Source: an uncultured Verrucomicrobiae bacterium (GTDB lineage Bacteria; Verrucomicrobiota; Verrucomicrobiia; Chthoniobacterales; JAATET01). From it: DNA of 64,000 bases. Each line of letters opens with the position of its first letter. Position 1 is the first letter of the stretch. The notes below the pieces were generated by a model. The model had not been told where the DNA came from and made no database searches. It worked only from the letters and a program-made list of their open reading frames with translations. A program made the translations under genes and the position numbers. Location of the stretch: NCBI GenBank assembly GCA_963719495.1, contig CAVRCI010000009.1, positions 1 through 64,000 on the forward strand, written 5' to 3'. Of the stretch, positions 9,473-19,587 are shown piece after piece.

Positions 9473-9486
9473 CAGTCACCAATCAC
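9456..9486. repeat. Heptamer tandem repeat (CACCANT)x4 at the pdxJ/bioF junction
   Basis: caccaat caccatt caccagt caccaat cac read directly. Confidence 0.6.
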
Positions 9487-10225
9487 GGGCGTCATCGCCC
9501 ACCATCGCCCTCACCATCTCCACCGTCGCCCGCTGCATCCCCACGACCGTCGCCCGCGCCACGATGGAATGCCCGATATTTAGCTCGGTCAGGCCCGCGA
9601 TGTCCCGAATGCGCGCCACGTTTGAGTAATTGATCCCATGCCCGGCGTTCACGATCAGCCCGCCCGCGAGCGCCAATTCCGTCGCCGCCCGCAACCGAGC
9701 AATCTCCGCCTCCAACATCGCCCCCTCGGCGTTCGCAAACGTCCCGGTGTGCAGCTCGATCGCCTCCGCGCCCAGCCGAATCGCCGCTTCGATTTGAGCC
9801 TGGTCTGGATCGATGAAAAGACTCACCCGCACCCCAATCCCCCGCAACCGCTTGATCGTCTCCGTCACCGCCACCTCGTGAACCACACAATCCAACCCAC
9901 CCTCCGTGGTGACCTCCTCCCGATTCTCCGGCACCAGACACGCGTCATCCGGCTTCACGCGAAGCGCGATCTCCACGATCTCCGGATCGTTCCCCATTTC
10001 AAAATTGAGTTTCGTCGTCACCGCCTCGCGAAGCCGAAAAATATCCCGATCCTGAATGTGCCGCCGGTCCGCCCGCAAATGAGCCGTGATCCCGATCGCC
10101 CCACCCCGCTCGGCGGCAAGAGCCGCCACCACCGGATCCGGCTCCGCGTTAAAAGACTCCGGCATCGCCCGATACCGAGCCTCCCGGATCGTCGCGATGT
10201 GATCGATATTAACGCCGAGCTGCAT
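9476..10225 (-). CDS. pdxJ: Pyridoxine 5'-phosphate synthase
   Basis: LGVNIDHIATIREAR, HLRADRRHI, ELHTG, NAGHG, ELNIGHSI. Confidence 0.97.
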   Translation of the reverse strand: MQLGVNIDHIATIREARYRAMPESFNAEPDPVVAALAAERGGAIGITAHLRADRRHIQDRDIFRLREAVTTKLNFEMGNDPEIVEIALRVKPDDACLVPENREEVTTEGGLDCVVHEVAVTETIKRLRGIGVRVSLFIDPDQAQIEAAIRLGAEAIELHTGTFANAEGAMLEAEIARLRAATELALAGGLIVNAGHGINYSNVARIRDIAGLTELNIGHSIVARATVVGMQRATVEMVRAMVGDDARDW

Positions 10226-10234
10226 GACTATGAA

Positions 10235-10328
10235 TTTATCCGCGGATGTCGCGGATTTCGCAGATATGAAAATTCGAATTCCTGCATCTTCGTATGATCC
10301 GCGCTCTTCGCGAAATCCGCGGTTAAAA
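10235..10328. repeat. Inverted pair of 9-mer-periodic ATCCGCG repeats
   Basis: tttatccgcggatgtcgcggatttcgcagat ... atccgcgctcttcgcgaaatccgcggttaaaa. Confidence 0.75.
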
Positions 10329-10338
10329 AGCGTTTTCC

Positions 10339-11862
10339 TCAGTGCCGGAAGTGCCGCACTCCCGTGAAAACCATCGCGACGCTCCGTTCATCCGCGGCCG
10401 CCGTCACTTCTTCGTCCCGCTTGCTGCCACCCGGCTGAATTGCCGCCGTCGCGCCGGCCTCCGCCGCCGCCACGAGTCCGTCCGAAAACGGAAAGAAGGC
10501 GTCACTGCACACCACGCTCCCCTTGAGCGACAAGCCGGCCTCGCCCGCTTTCCAGACCGCAATGCGTGACGCGTCAACCCGCGACATCTGCCCGGCACCG
10601 ATGCCCAGCGTCCGGCCCTTGCCCGCGTAGACGATCGCGTTCGACTTCACGTGCTTCACAACCTTCCAGCCGAATTCCATGGCCTCCAGTTCGTCCTTCG
10701 TCGGAGGCCGCTTGCTCACGACCTTCTGCTCCAAGCCGTCCGTCTCGGTGGAATCGTGATCCTGAACCAGCATGCCCGCCAACACCGCCCGCACGTCGCG
10801 AGCCCCGGCGTCCGGCGTCTTGAGCAGTTTCATCAGCCGCAGGTTCTTCTTCTTCTGCAGCAACGAGCGCGCGTCCGCTTCGAAGTCCGGCGCGATGATG
10901 ACCTCGCTGAAAATCTCGCCGATCGCCCGCGCCAGCGCGACGTCGACGGGGCGATTGGCGATGATGATCCCGCCAAACGGCGCCTGTTTGTCCGTCGCAA
11001 ACGCCTTCATCCACGCCTCCTTGAGGTCCGGATCGCTCGCGACGCCGCACGGATTCGTGTGCTTGAGAATGGCGACGGTCGGCTTGCTGAATTCCGCGAT
11101 CAATTGCGTCGCCGCCGTGATGTCCAGGATGTTGTTGTAGGAGAGTTCCTTGCCCTGCAGCTTCTCGAAGTGGTCGGCGAACCCGCCGTAGAGCTCCGCT
11201 TCCTGGTGCGGATTCTCGCCGTAGCGCAGCCGTTGCGACAGCGGCAGACTCACCGAATACACCGCGCTGGAAGTGCTCTCGCTCCCGAGGTAATTCGAGA
11301 TCGCCCGGTCGTAGGAGGCCGTCGTGGAGAAGGCCTTGATCGCCAGCCGCTCCCGCGTTTTCAAAGTCGTCGCACCCTCGCTTTCCCGCATCTCCTCCAG
11401 CACCCGTTCGTAGTCCGTCGGATCGGTCACCACCGTGACGGATTGAAAATTCTTCGAAGCACTGCGGATCATCGAGGGTCCGCCGATGTCGATGTTCTCG
11501 ATGGCGTCCGCGAGTGTCGCGTCCGGCTTCGCGATCGTGGCTTCGAAGGGGTAGAGATTCACCACCACCAGGTCGATCGGAGCGATGTCATTCTCCTTCG
11601 CCGTCGCGACGTGCTCGTCGTTCTCACGGAGGTAAAGCAACCCACCATGAACCTTCGGGTGCAGCGTCTTCACGCGGCCGTCCAGGATCTCCGGTGACCC
11701 GGTGAAATTGGAAATTTCGACGACGGTGATCCCGGCGTCCTGCAGGGCCTTCGCCGTCCCGCCAGTCGAGACGATTTCGACGTCGAGGGCCGCGAGTCCC
11801 TTGGCGAAGTCGACCAGTCCGGTCTTGTCGGAAACGGAAATTAACGCTCTCTGAATTTTCAT
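10339..11862 (-). CDS. purH: Bifunctional AICAR transformylase/IMP cyclohydrolase
   Basis: [49 protein letters not shown] at 11862. Confidence 0.97.
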   Translation of the reverse strand: MKIQRALISVSDKTGLVDFAKGLAALDVEIVSTGGTAKALQDAGITVVEISNFTGSPEILDGRVKTLHPKVHGGLLYLRENDEHVATAKENDIAPIDLVVVNLYPFEATIAKPDATLADAIENIDIGGPSMIRSASKNFQSVTVVTDPTDYERVLEEMRESEGATTLKTRERLAIKAFSTTASYDRAISNYLGSESTSSAVYSVSLPLSQRLRYGENPHQEAELYGGFADHFEKLQGKELSYNNILDITAATQLIAEFSKPTVAILKHTNPCGVASDPDLKEAWMKAFATDKQAPFGGIIIANRPVDVALARAIGEIFSEVIIAPDFEADARSLLQKKKNLRLMKLLKTPDAGARDVRAVLAGMLVQDHDSTETDGLEQKVVSKRPPTKDELEAMEFGWKVVKHVKSNAIVYAGKGRTLGIGAGQMSRVDASRIAVWKAGEAGLSLKGSVVCSDAFFPFSDGLVAAAEAGATAAIQPGGSKRDEEVTAAADERSVAMVFTGVRHFRH

Positions 11863-11873
11863 AATTAAGAAGG

Positions 11874-11948
11874 GTCCGTGGATTAAGCAGAACGACACAG
11901 ATTGAATTCAGAATAAAAAATCTGCGTCCCTCCGTTTAATCTGCGGAC
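11874..11948. repeat. Degenerate inverted repeat, same family as 10235-10328
   Basis: gtccgtggattaagcagaacgacacagatt ... aatctgcgtccctccgtttaatctgcggac. Confidence 0.65.
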
Positions 11949-11953
11949 AAAAA

Positions 11954-13783
11954 TCAGGCGGCTTCAGCCGCCTCGTGGTGGTGGAACTGGATCTCGTAAA
12001 GTTTGCGGTAAAGGCCCGACTCCTCGAGCAACTGCGCGTGCGTCCCGATCTCGGCGATTCGACCCTGGTCCATGACCACGATCTGGTCGCTCTTCAAAAT
12101 GGTCGACAGCCGGTGCGCGATCGCGATGACCGTCCGCCCCTGCGCCAACCGCTCGAGCGCGGCCTGGATCATCCGCTCGCTCTCCGAGTCCAGCGCACTC
12201 GTCGCCTCGTCGAGCAGCAGGATCGGCGCATTTTTGAGCAGCGCCCGCGCGATTGCCAACCGCTGCTGCTGCCCGCCGCTGAGCAGGCTGCCCTTGTCGC
12301 CGACCACCGTGTCGTAACCGTCCGGCTGCTCCATGATGAAATCATGCGCGAAGGCCAGCTTCGCCGCCGCCTCGATCTCCGCCCGGTTCGCGTCGAGCCG
12401 ACCGTAACGGATGTTTTCGTAGACCGTGTCGTGGAAGAGAAAGCTCTCCTGAGTGACGATCCCAACGTTTTCGCGCAACGACTGCTGCTTGATCTGCCGC
12501 AGATCCATCCCGTCCAGCCGGATCGCGCCCGATTGCGGGTCGTAGAAGCGCAGCAACAAATTCAGCACCGTGCTCTTCCCCGCGCCACTCGCGCCGACCA
12601 GCGCGTAACGTTGGTGCGCCGGAATCTTCAGCGAAAGACCCGCCACCGCCGGCTTGCCCACGCCATACGTGAACCCGACGTTGTCGAATTCAATCGCGCC
12701 CTCCGACCGTTTGATCACCAGCGCGTCCGGCGCGTCCTTCACGCTCGCCGTCTGCTCCATCAGCTCGAAAATATTCGTCGCCGACGCCAGACACTTTTGC
12801 ATCAGCATCGGGATCCGGCTCAGCCGCTTGACCGGTTCATACAGCAGAAAAATACCCGCCATCAGCGCCACGAATTTCGTCGCGCTCAGCCCGCCAAAAT
12901 ACACGTAGCAAAGTGCGAGCACCACCCCGAGCGCCGACACCGCCTCGATCATCGGCTGCACGATCTCGATACTCTTGCGCACCTTCATGCTCGTCCGGCA
13001 CTGCAGGTCGCTCGAAACGTCGAACTGCCCGCTCTGATGATCCTCCCGCGCGAAGGATTTGATGATCCGGATCCCCGCGAACGACTCCTGTAGGATCACG
13101 GCCATCTGCCCGGCCTCGTTCTCCTCGGCCTTGCCCGCGGTGCGAACTTTTTTCCCGTAGATCGCCACCGGGATGATGCAGATCGGGAAGAGGAACAACG
13201 TCGTGAGGCTGAACTTCCAATCCATCCACACGAGCACGCACACGCCCGTGATCACCGCGATCGGATCCTTGAAAATATCTCCCGCGATGGAGACGAGCGC
13301 GTTCTGCGCCATCCGCGTGTCGTTGAGCACCCGCGAGATGAGCTTCCCGGACTTCGCCCGATTGAAAAAATCCAGCGACTGCGACATCAGGTGCGCGAAG
13401 AGCTTCGCCCGCATGTCGCGCAGGATCCGCAGACTCACCCACGCCATGCAGTAACTATTGAGATACGACAGCACACTCCGCGTGATCATCACGAGCGGGA
13501 TGAGCGCCACGATCCAGAGGAATTCGTCGATCTTGACCCCCGCCTCATCGCCACCGGAACTCAGCACGTCGCTCTGCGACATCCCGGGTGCCACGTTATC
13601 CAAGACGTATTTCGCGATCAGCGGCAGCAACCCGCTGATCACACCGAAGGCCATGCCGAACGCCAGCCCCATGATGAACCGGGCCTTGTAGGGCTTGAGA
13701 TAGCCCGCCAGCGTGAAATACGGCTTCCAAAGCTGGCGAACCAACTGCGGAAACGGGATCTTCTTTTTCTTCGGGTCAGCCAA
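11954..13783 (-). CDS. ABC exporter, fused TMD-NBD, MsbA-like
   Basis: N-terminal TM helices; GASGAGKS, LSGGQQQR, LLLDEATSALD, IAHRLST. Confidence 0.9.
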   Translation of the reverse strand: MADPKKKKIPFPQLVRQLWKPYFTLAGYLKPYKARFIMGLAFGMAFGVISGLLPLIAKYVLDNVAPGMSQSDVLSSGGDEAGVKIDEFLWIVALIPLVMITRSVLSYLNSYCMAWVSLRILRDMRAKLFAHLMSQSLDFFNRAKSGKLISRVLNDTRMAQNALVSIAGDIFKDPIAVITGVCVLVWMDWKFSLTTLFLFPICIIPVAIYGKKVRTAGKAEENEAGQMAVILQESFAGIRIIKSFAREDHQSGQFDVSSDLQCRTSMKVRKSIEIVQPMIEAVSALGVVLALCYVYFGGLSATKFVALMAGIFLLYEPVKRLSRIPMLMQKCLASATNIFELMEQTASVKDAPDALVIKRSEGAIEFDNVGFTYGVGKPAVAGLSLKIPAHQRYALVGASGAGKSTVLNLLLRFYDPQSGAIRLDGMDLRQIKQQSLRENVGIVTQESFLFHDTVYENIRYGRLDANRAEIEAAAKLAFAHDFIMEQPDGYDTVVGDKGSLLSGGQQQRLAIARALLKNAPILLLDEATSALDSESERMIQAALERLAQGRTVIAIAHRLSTILKSDQIVVMDQGRIAEIGTHAQLLEESGLYRKLYEIQFHHHEAAEAA

Positions 13784-13795
13784 GGTCGGGTGAGT

Positions 13796-14923
13796 TCAAG
13801 GCAGGACGCCCGGTTGGAAAAGCCCAAAATACCACCGCACCGCCGCCGGCCCCACCGCCAACCACAACACCGCCCCCAGCGCCAGATACGGCCCATAGGG
13901 AATCTTCGACCCCGCCTTCCCGCCGGACAGCAACAGCGCGCCACCGCCCACCACCGCCCCCACGATCGACGAAGCGAAGATCGTGAAGATCACCGCCTGC
14001 CACCCGAGAAACGCCCCGATGCACGCGATGAATTTCACGTCGCCGAATCCCATCGCCTCCCGCGGGATCACCACCGCCGTCGCCGTCCCGGTGAGCGACC
14101 GCACGTCCTCGATCGCCACCTCCCGGCCACCCGCGACGACCTTGTTGTAATAGAGTCGCACTTCGCCTTTCCCGCCCCAGCGGGACACTTTTTGACTTTC
14201 CGACTGTGGACCTTCGACCCATTCCAGCTCCGCGCCAGCGCACTCCATCACCACCGCGTCGGATTCCCTCGAAAAAATTTCCTCCCAAAGCGTGCGATCC
14301 GCCCCCAGCTCGAACTCCGGATTCTCCCCGTCGACGTGCAGCCGAAAACCCTCCGCCGGCTCCAGCGCGTGCCGCGTCCGGCCAAACGCCTTCTTCCCCA
14401 GCTCGACCACCGCCCACAGCAACCCATACCCCAAAGCCGCCGCGCCCAGCGACCAGGCCAGCCCCTGCCACCACCCGTCCACCCCCATCATCACTGGCAG
14501 CGCTGTGCTGAGCACAACCCCCGCCACCGTCCCGCCGATCGTGATCTCATCGGGAATAATGAAAAAATCGAAGTCGATGAACGTCGCCGTGATGAGAAGC
14601 GCGACAAACACCCAATAAACCGGAGCCAGCGGCAGCCCAAACCCCACCCAGACCGCCCAAAACGCCAACCCGGTGAGCAGCTCCACCCCGAAGTAACGCA
14701 CCGAAAAGCTCGCCCCACACTTCGCGCACTTCCCCCGCAGCATCACCCAACTGATGAGCGGCAAATTGAGATACCACGGAATCAGCGTGTCGCACGAAGT
14801 GCAGAAAGACCGTTTCGGATTCGAAAGCGAAATCCCCCGCGGCATCCGGTAAATACAAGCATTCAGAAACGACCCCACAATCGCCCCCAAAACAAAAGCA
14901 AACCCAGCCAGCACCGCCGTCAT
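13796..14923 (-). CDS. pilD: Prepilin peptidase (A24 family) with internal soluble insertion
   Basis: GSFLNACIYRMP, two CxxC pairs, IDFD..IIPD, MGFGDVK, IPYGPYL. Confidence 0.88.
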   Translation of the reverse strand: MTAVLAGFAFVLGAIVGSFLNACIYRMPRGISLSNPKRSFCTSCDTLIPWYLNLPLISWVMLRGKCAKCGASFSVRYFGVELLTGLAFWAVWVGFGLPLAPVYWVFVALLITATFIDFDFFIIPDEITIGGTVAGVVLSTALPVMMGVDGWWQGLAWSLGAAALGYGLLWAVVELGKKAFGRTRHALEPAEGFRLHVDGENPEFELGADRTLWEEIFSRESDAVVMECAGAELEWVEGPQSESQKVSRWGGKGEVRLYYNKVVAGGREVAIEDVRSLTGTATAVVIPREAMGFGDVKFIACIGAFLGWQAVIFTIFASSIVGAVVGGGALLLSGGKAGSKIPYGPYLALGAVLWLAVGPAAVRWYFGLFQPGVLP

Positions 14924-14929
14924 CTCACT

Positions 14930-14978
14930 TCAAGGAGCGGCGATTTGCAATCGCCGGACCAACCCAACGGCGAAGCCG
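14930..14978 (+). repeat. REP-like palindrome, TCAA-GGAG family, copy 1
   Basis: tcaaggagcggcgatttgcaatcgccg followed by small hairpin cggc-gaa-gccg. Confidence 0.8.
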
Positions 14979-14989
14979 CAAACTCACAC

Positions 14990-15553
14990 TCACCGCGGCA
15001 ACTTCGCGTCCACCATCTCACAAATCACGTGAAGCAAAAATTTCTGCGCCTCCTGAATCCGAGCCGTCTCGTCCCCCGCCACCACGATCTCGAGTTCCGC
15101 CGCGCCCTTCGTGAATCCCCCCGTCCGTCCCAGCAGCGCAATGGTCGTCATCTCGTGCCGCCGAGCCTCCTCGACCGCATCCAGCAAATTCCGCGATTTC
15201 CCGCTGGTCGAAATCACCACCAACACGTCGCCCTTTTTCCCAAAAGCCTGCACCTGACGGGCGAACACGTCCTGAAACTCATAGTCGTTGCCAACCGCCG
15301 TCATCATCCCACCGTCCACCGCGAGCGCCATCGCCGGATAGCCCTTCCGGTCCTCCTTGAAGCGAACGACGAACTCCGTCGCGATGTGCGCCGCGTCCGC
15401 CGCGCTCCCGCCATTCCCGCACAGCATCAATTTGCCGCCGTTCAACAACGACCGCTCGATCAGTCCCGCCGCCTCGACAATTTTTCCCTCCAGCGCCTCG
15501 GTTGCTTGAAAGGTCTCGATCGCCGCCGCGAGTGAAGTCTTGAAATGCGTCAT
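14990..15553 (-). CDS. gmhA: Phosphoheptose (sedoheptulose 7-phosphate) isomerase
   Basis: CGNGGSAADAAHIATE, GNDY.F..VFARQ, STSG.S.N, TARIQE. Confidence 0.92.
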   Translation of the reverse strand: MTHFKTSLAAAIETFQATEALEGKIVEAAGLIERSLLNGGKLMLCGNGGSAADAAHIATEFVVRFKEDRKGYPAMALAVDGGMMTAVGNDYEFQDVFARQVQAFGKKGDVLVVISTSGKSRNLLDAVEEARRHEMTTIALLGRTGGFTKGAAELEIVVAGDETARIQEAQKFLLHVICEMVDAKLPR

Positions 15554-16086
15554 GATGCGGTCGCGTCGGTGGTTTCGTTGAATTCGCCGGAGCGGAAAGC
15601 CATCCGCGGATCCTCGTCGAGCATCCGATCCAGTTCGGGCCAGGCCTCGTCGTCCTCCTCCGGCTGAAACACGTGCAGATACACCTTCGCCGCCACGGCC
15701 GGGTTCTTCGCGAACAATTCATCCACCGCACCCGCGAGCTTCGCCGCGTCCGGTTGCGGCGGGATCTCTTCCAGGATCCCCTCCTGATGCTCCAACCCGC
15801 AATTTTCCAAAAAGTCCGTGATCATCTTCCGCTGCAGCCCCAGCAGCCAATTCTGCAACAGCTCCAGCCCCACGTCCTCGTTGCGCTTCATCGCCAGCAC
15901 CGAGCGCATCCACTCGTGCCGGTCCGGACGCGGCTTCTTCTCCAAAAAAACCGGACGCAACCGCCGCCGCGTGGCCGTCACCTGCATCGCGGCCTTGTAG
16001 GCATCGCGGTTTCCCGCCGAGATCTCCTCGAAGATCTCGTGCGATTCGGCGGGGGTCAGTTTGGAAAAAATATCGTTCGCGGTCAC
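15550..16086 (-). CDS. Conserved hypothetical protein
   Basis: Coherent protein-like sequence from GTG 16086 (TANDIFSKL...); overlaps the gmhA start (ATGA). Confidence 0.7.
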   Translation of the reverse strand: MTANDIFSKLTPAESHEIFEEISAGNRDAYKAAMQVTATRRRLRPVFLEKKPRPDRHEWMRSVLAMKRNEDVGLELLQNWLLGLQRKMITDFLENCGLEHQEGILEEIPPQPDAAKLAGAVDELFAKNPAVAAKVYLHVFQPEEDDEAWPELDRMLDEDPRMAFRSGEFNETTDATAS

Positions 16087-16337
16087 GGGCAGGGAGAGGT
16101 GGAATCCGCGCGGTCGAGCCGCGCCGGGGTCGACCCATATCCGAAAACCAAGCCCGCGAGTCAAGAGTTCAAGCGCCGACTCATCCTGGAGGGCGAGGCT
16201 CCCGTCGAGCCACCCCGGCACCAGACCGAACGGAACCCACGCCACCCGCCGCATCGGCACCGCGCCCGGACCTCCCACATTCCACCCGACCCAAAATCCA
16301 TTCGCCAACACCGCGCAAACGGGTTTTGATCCCGCCG

Positions 16338-16850
16338 ATGAAGTCGAAAGCCGCCGCGTTGCTCTCCTGCCTGCTCCTCGCGGCCTGCGCCACCCAACCC
16401 CAACGCCCCGTTTTCCTGGAGCGCGCAAACGTCCTCCCGCTCGATCTCAACGACAACTTCGAGTTCCGCAAGCAGCAGCTCTTCTTCAACGACCCGCGCA
16501 ACTACGTCGCCACCACCAGCGAGACGATCGAGCTCCTGCGCCGCCGCCTGAACTACGGTGCCATCACCCCGCGCGACATCGACGACATCACCGGGCACTT
16601 CTACTCGTTCTTCTGGCGCACCCGTGAGCTCGCCGACGTCACCGTCCGGTTCGAATACCGCCAGGCCGGCCTCAACAACTACGTCCTCGCCCAGGAACTC
16701 TACTACCCCGAGGCCCGCGGCTCCTTCCAATCCGACTTCCAGGTGACCGGCGACGAATACCTCGAGAATGGCAAAGTCAGCGCCTGGCGCGTCCTCCTCA
16801 TCGTCGACGGCCGCATCGTCGCCTTCTCGCAGTCGTTCATGTGGAAATAG
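16338..16850 (+). CDS. Hypothetical lipoprotein
   Basis: Signal peptide with LAAC lipobox; C-ending codon bias. Confidence 0.75.
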   Translation: MKSKAAALLSCLLLAACATQPQRPVFLERANVLPLDLNDNFEFRKQQLFFNDPRNYVATTSETIELLRRRLNYGAITPRDIDDITGHFYSFFWRTRELADVTVRFEYRQAGLNNYVLAQELYYPEARGSFQSDFQVTGDEYLENGKVSAWRVLLIVDGRIVAFSQSFMWK

Positions 16851-16887
16851 CAGCGGCGCGCCGGCACCCTGCTCGCACCTCGGCAAA

Positions 16888-16909
16888 GTAGCGCAAGCTT
16901 CCAGCTTGC
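16888..16909 (+). repeat. GTAG-type REP palindrome
   Basis: gtag-c-gcaagct-tcc-agcttgc. Confidence 0.65.
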
Positions 16910-16998
16910 CCGAATCGGCCATCGCGGTCGGATGCCACCCGCGCACCCCCACCCAAGGTTGACAGCACCCCCACTTTGGCCGTAGCTCTTTTCAAACA

Positions 16999-17523
16999 GT
17001 GACGCAGAAATCCACGGTTCGAGCCGGTCATTTCGACCAAACGGTATGGGTCAAAGTGGACGGGAGAGGCACCTTTCAGATCAGCGCGGGTCTCAAGGAA
17101 TACACCCGCCGCATGGTCGTCCGCGGCTTCCGCCAATTTGTCATCGACCTCGGCAACTGCGAGCTCATGGACTCGACCTTCATGGGCACCATGGCCGGGA
17201 TCGCCCTCCGCCTCCGCGAGCTCGGCAGCGGCAGTCTCACCGTTCTCAACGCCAACGCGCGCAACTCGTCGCTCCTCGAGAATCTCGGCCTCGACCACCT
17301 CTTCGCCCCCTCACTCCCACCCGGCGTCGCCGAGCGCATGACCGCGGCCTCCGCCGACGAAGTCCTCCCGCCCGGCCCCATCCCGGGAGCCGAGGACGAG
17401 CGCTCGACGATGATCACCGCCCACGAGACCCTCGTGAAAGTCAGCCCGGCCAACGAAGCGAAATTCCGGGACGTCATCGAACTTCTCAAGCAGGAGCCCG
17501 ACCGGGACTCGTCGGAGTCCTAG
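16999..17523 (+). CDS. STAS-domain anti-sigma factor antagonist
   Basis: VIDLGNCELMDSTFMG phosphoacceptor motif, L.NLGL. Confidence 0.85.
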   Translation: MTQKSTVRAGHFDQTVWVKVDGRGTFQISAGLKEYTRRMVVRGFRQFVIDLGNCELMDSTFMGTMAGIALRLRELGSGSLTVLNANARNSSLLENLGLDHLFAPSLPPGVAERMTAASADEVLPPGPIPGAEDERSTMITAHETLVKVSPANEAKFRDVIELLKQEPDRDSSES

Positions 17524-17581
17524 ACCCGCCATCCCGCGAGACGCTCCCAGCCCGCGTTCCCGCCGCCCAGCCATCCGCGCC

Positions 17582-19009
17582 ATGACCCTCCTCTTCGCGG
17601 TCCTTTTCGTCGTCACGCTCACGGCGCTCATCATCGTCCTCCGCCGCAGCACGACCCGGATCGCCGCCTCCGACAAAGCCCGCTCCGACATCGCCGACGA
17701 GGAGGACCGCGTCTTCGAGTTCCTCCACGGCCTCGGCGAAGCCTTCTCCGAGGGCGTGCGCTCCCCCGACCTCCACCGCCTCATCGTCGAAAGCGCCGCC
17801 CGCATCCTCAACTCCCACGGCGGAGCCCTCTACCTCGTCGACCGCAACGACGCCGCCCTCGTCCCGGCCTTTATTTCGAACGCCTGCCCTCCGCTCGTCG
17901 AGGTCCCCATCCACGTCATCGAACAGGGCAACTCCCTTCCGATCGCCATCGACAGCTACGTCAAGCTCCACGCCGTCCCCCCGGGTGAGGGCCTGCTCGG
18001 CGAAACCTGGGAAAATGGCCAACCCCGCCTCGTCCAGGACGCCGATTTTCCCGCCAACGCCAACCGCCCCAAGTCCCTCCAACTCCACAGCGCCCTCGTC
18101 GCCCCCCTCGTCTACCGCCGCAAAGTCCTCGGACTCCTCGCCGTCGCCAATGGCCCCATGAGCCAGCCCTTCGCCGAGTCCGATCTCAAGCTCTTCCACA
18201 CCATCTGCGAGCAATCCGCCTTCGCCCTCTACAACGAAATCGTCTACAGCGACGCTGGCGAAAAGAAACGCCTCGACCACGATCTCGCCGTCGCCCGCGA
18301 GATCCAAGCCGTCCTCCTCCCCTCCGACCCGCCCCCCATCCCCGGCTACGAGGTGAGCGCCATCAACATTCCCGCCCGCCACGTCAGCGGCGACTACTTC
18401 GACTACCTCGTCGTCGACGAACACCTCACCGGCGTCGCCATCGCCGACGTCTCCGGCAAAGGCATCCCCGCCTCCCTCATCATGGCCATGGGCCGCAGCG
18501 TCATCCGCAGCCAGGCCCCCGGCCAGACCTCCGCCGTCGACCTGCTGCGCCGGGTCAACCGCCAGCTCTACCCCGACATCAAGGAGGACATGTTCATCAG
18601 CATGCTCTACCTCATTCTCGACGGCCAGAGCGACTCCGTCCGCCTCGGCCGCGCCGGCCACGACGCCCCCTACCTCCGCCGCGCCGCCACCGGCGACATC
18701 GAGACCATCAACCCCAAAGGCATGGCCCTCGGCATTGACAGCGGGGAAGTCTTCGATAGGGTTTGCGCCGATTTCGAATTCCGGATGCACCCCGGCGACT
18801 GCCTCCTCCTCTACACCGACGGAGCCACCGAGGCGCTCGACCAGGATGGCAACGAATTCGGGATCACCCGGATGCTCCAAGGCCTCGACGAAGGGGCCGC
18901 CACGAACGCCGCCGGGATCGTCCGGGCCATCACCGACGACCTGAAAAAATTCGTCGGCAGCTACCCGCAACACGACGACATCACCCTCATCGCGATCCGA
19001 AAATTATGA
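17582..19009 (+). CDS. RsbU/SpoIIE-family PP2C phosphatase with N-terminal TM and GAF domain
   Basis: AREIQ..LLP, VSGDYFDY, IADVSGKG, RAGH, YTDG..EA, HDDITL. Confidence 0.92.
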   Translation: MTLLFAVLFVVTLTALIIVLRRSTTRIAASDKARSDIADEEDRVFEFLHGLGEAFSEGVRSPDLHRLIVESAARILNSHGGALYLVDRNDAALVPAFISNACPPLVEVPIHVIEQGNSLPIAIDSYVKLHAVPPGEGLLGETWENGQPRLVQDADFPANANRPKSLQLHSALVAPLVYRRKVLGLLAVANGPMSQPFAESDLKLFHTICEQSAFALYNEIVYSDAGEKKRLDHDLAVAREIQAVLLPSDPPPIPGYEVSAINIPARHVSGDYFDYLVVDEHLTGVAIADVSGKGIPASLIMAMGRSVIRSQAPGQTSAVDLLRRVNRQLYPDIKEDMFISMLYLILDGQSDSVRLGRAGHDAPYLRRAATGDIETINPKGMALGIDSGEVFDRVCADFEFRMHPGDCLLLYTDGATEALDQDGNEFGITRMLQGLDEGAATNAAGIVRAITDDLKKFVGSYPQHDDITLIAIRKL

Positions 19010-19587
19010 CCGAATCATCCACCGAATTCGACGAGACTCCCGTCTCCGAATCATCCGCCGACGCCACCACCACGCCCGACGCCCCCGTCGACGCCACCCG
19101 GCCCGAGGCCGCCCCCGACCCCGCCGCCGAGATCGCCAAATACCGCGACCTCAGCCTCCGCTCGCAGGCCGAACTCGATAATTTCCGCAAACGCGCCGCC
19201 CGCGACCGCGAGGACTCCGTTCGCTACGCCAACACCTCGCTCCTCGACCGCCTCCTCCCCATTCTCGACAACTTCGAACTCGGCCTCGACGCCGCCAGCA
19301 AAGCCACCGACGCCTCCGGCATCCTCCAGGGCATGTCCATGGTCCGCAAACAGCTCCAGGACTTCCTGCAACAAAGCGGCGTCGAAACCGTCGACGCCGA
19401 AGGCCAGAAGTTCGACCCCAACATCCACGACGCCCTCGGCGAGGAAGCCACCACCGAAGTCCCCGAAGGCACCGTCTTCCGCCAGCTCCGCAAGGGTTAC
19501 AAACTCCGCGACCGCCTCCTCCGCCCCGCCACCGTCATCGTCGCCAAAGCCCCCTCCGACGCCGCCGCCCCTGCCGACGACGCCTAA
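19006..19587 (+). CDS. grpE: Nucleotide exchange factor GrpE
   Basis: AELDNFRKR, LLPILDNFE, FDPNIHDA, KGYKL.DRLLRPA.V; ATG at 19006. Confidence 0.95.
   Translation: MTESSTEFDETPVSESSADATTTPDAPVDATRPEAAPDPAAEIAKYRDLSLRSQAELDNFRKRAARDREDSVRYANTSLLDRLLPILDNFELGLDAASKATDASGILQGMSMVRKQLQDFLQQSGVETVDAEGQKFDPNIHDALGEEATTEVPEGTVFRQLRKGYKLRDRLLRPATVIVAKAPSDAAAPADDA

Noticed and set aside
11863..11953. ZMP/ZTP riboswitch upstream of purH
   Set aside because: The spacer is filled by the inverted-repeat element; no riboswitch consensus recognised
14990..15553. gmhA as part of the MAA pathway (shares sedoheptulose 7-phosphate)
   Set aside because: 8 kb away, on the opposite strand, in an envelope/housekeeping run; adequately explained by heptose synthesis
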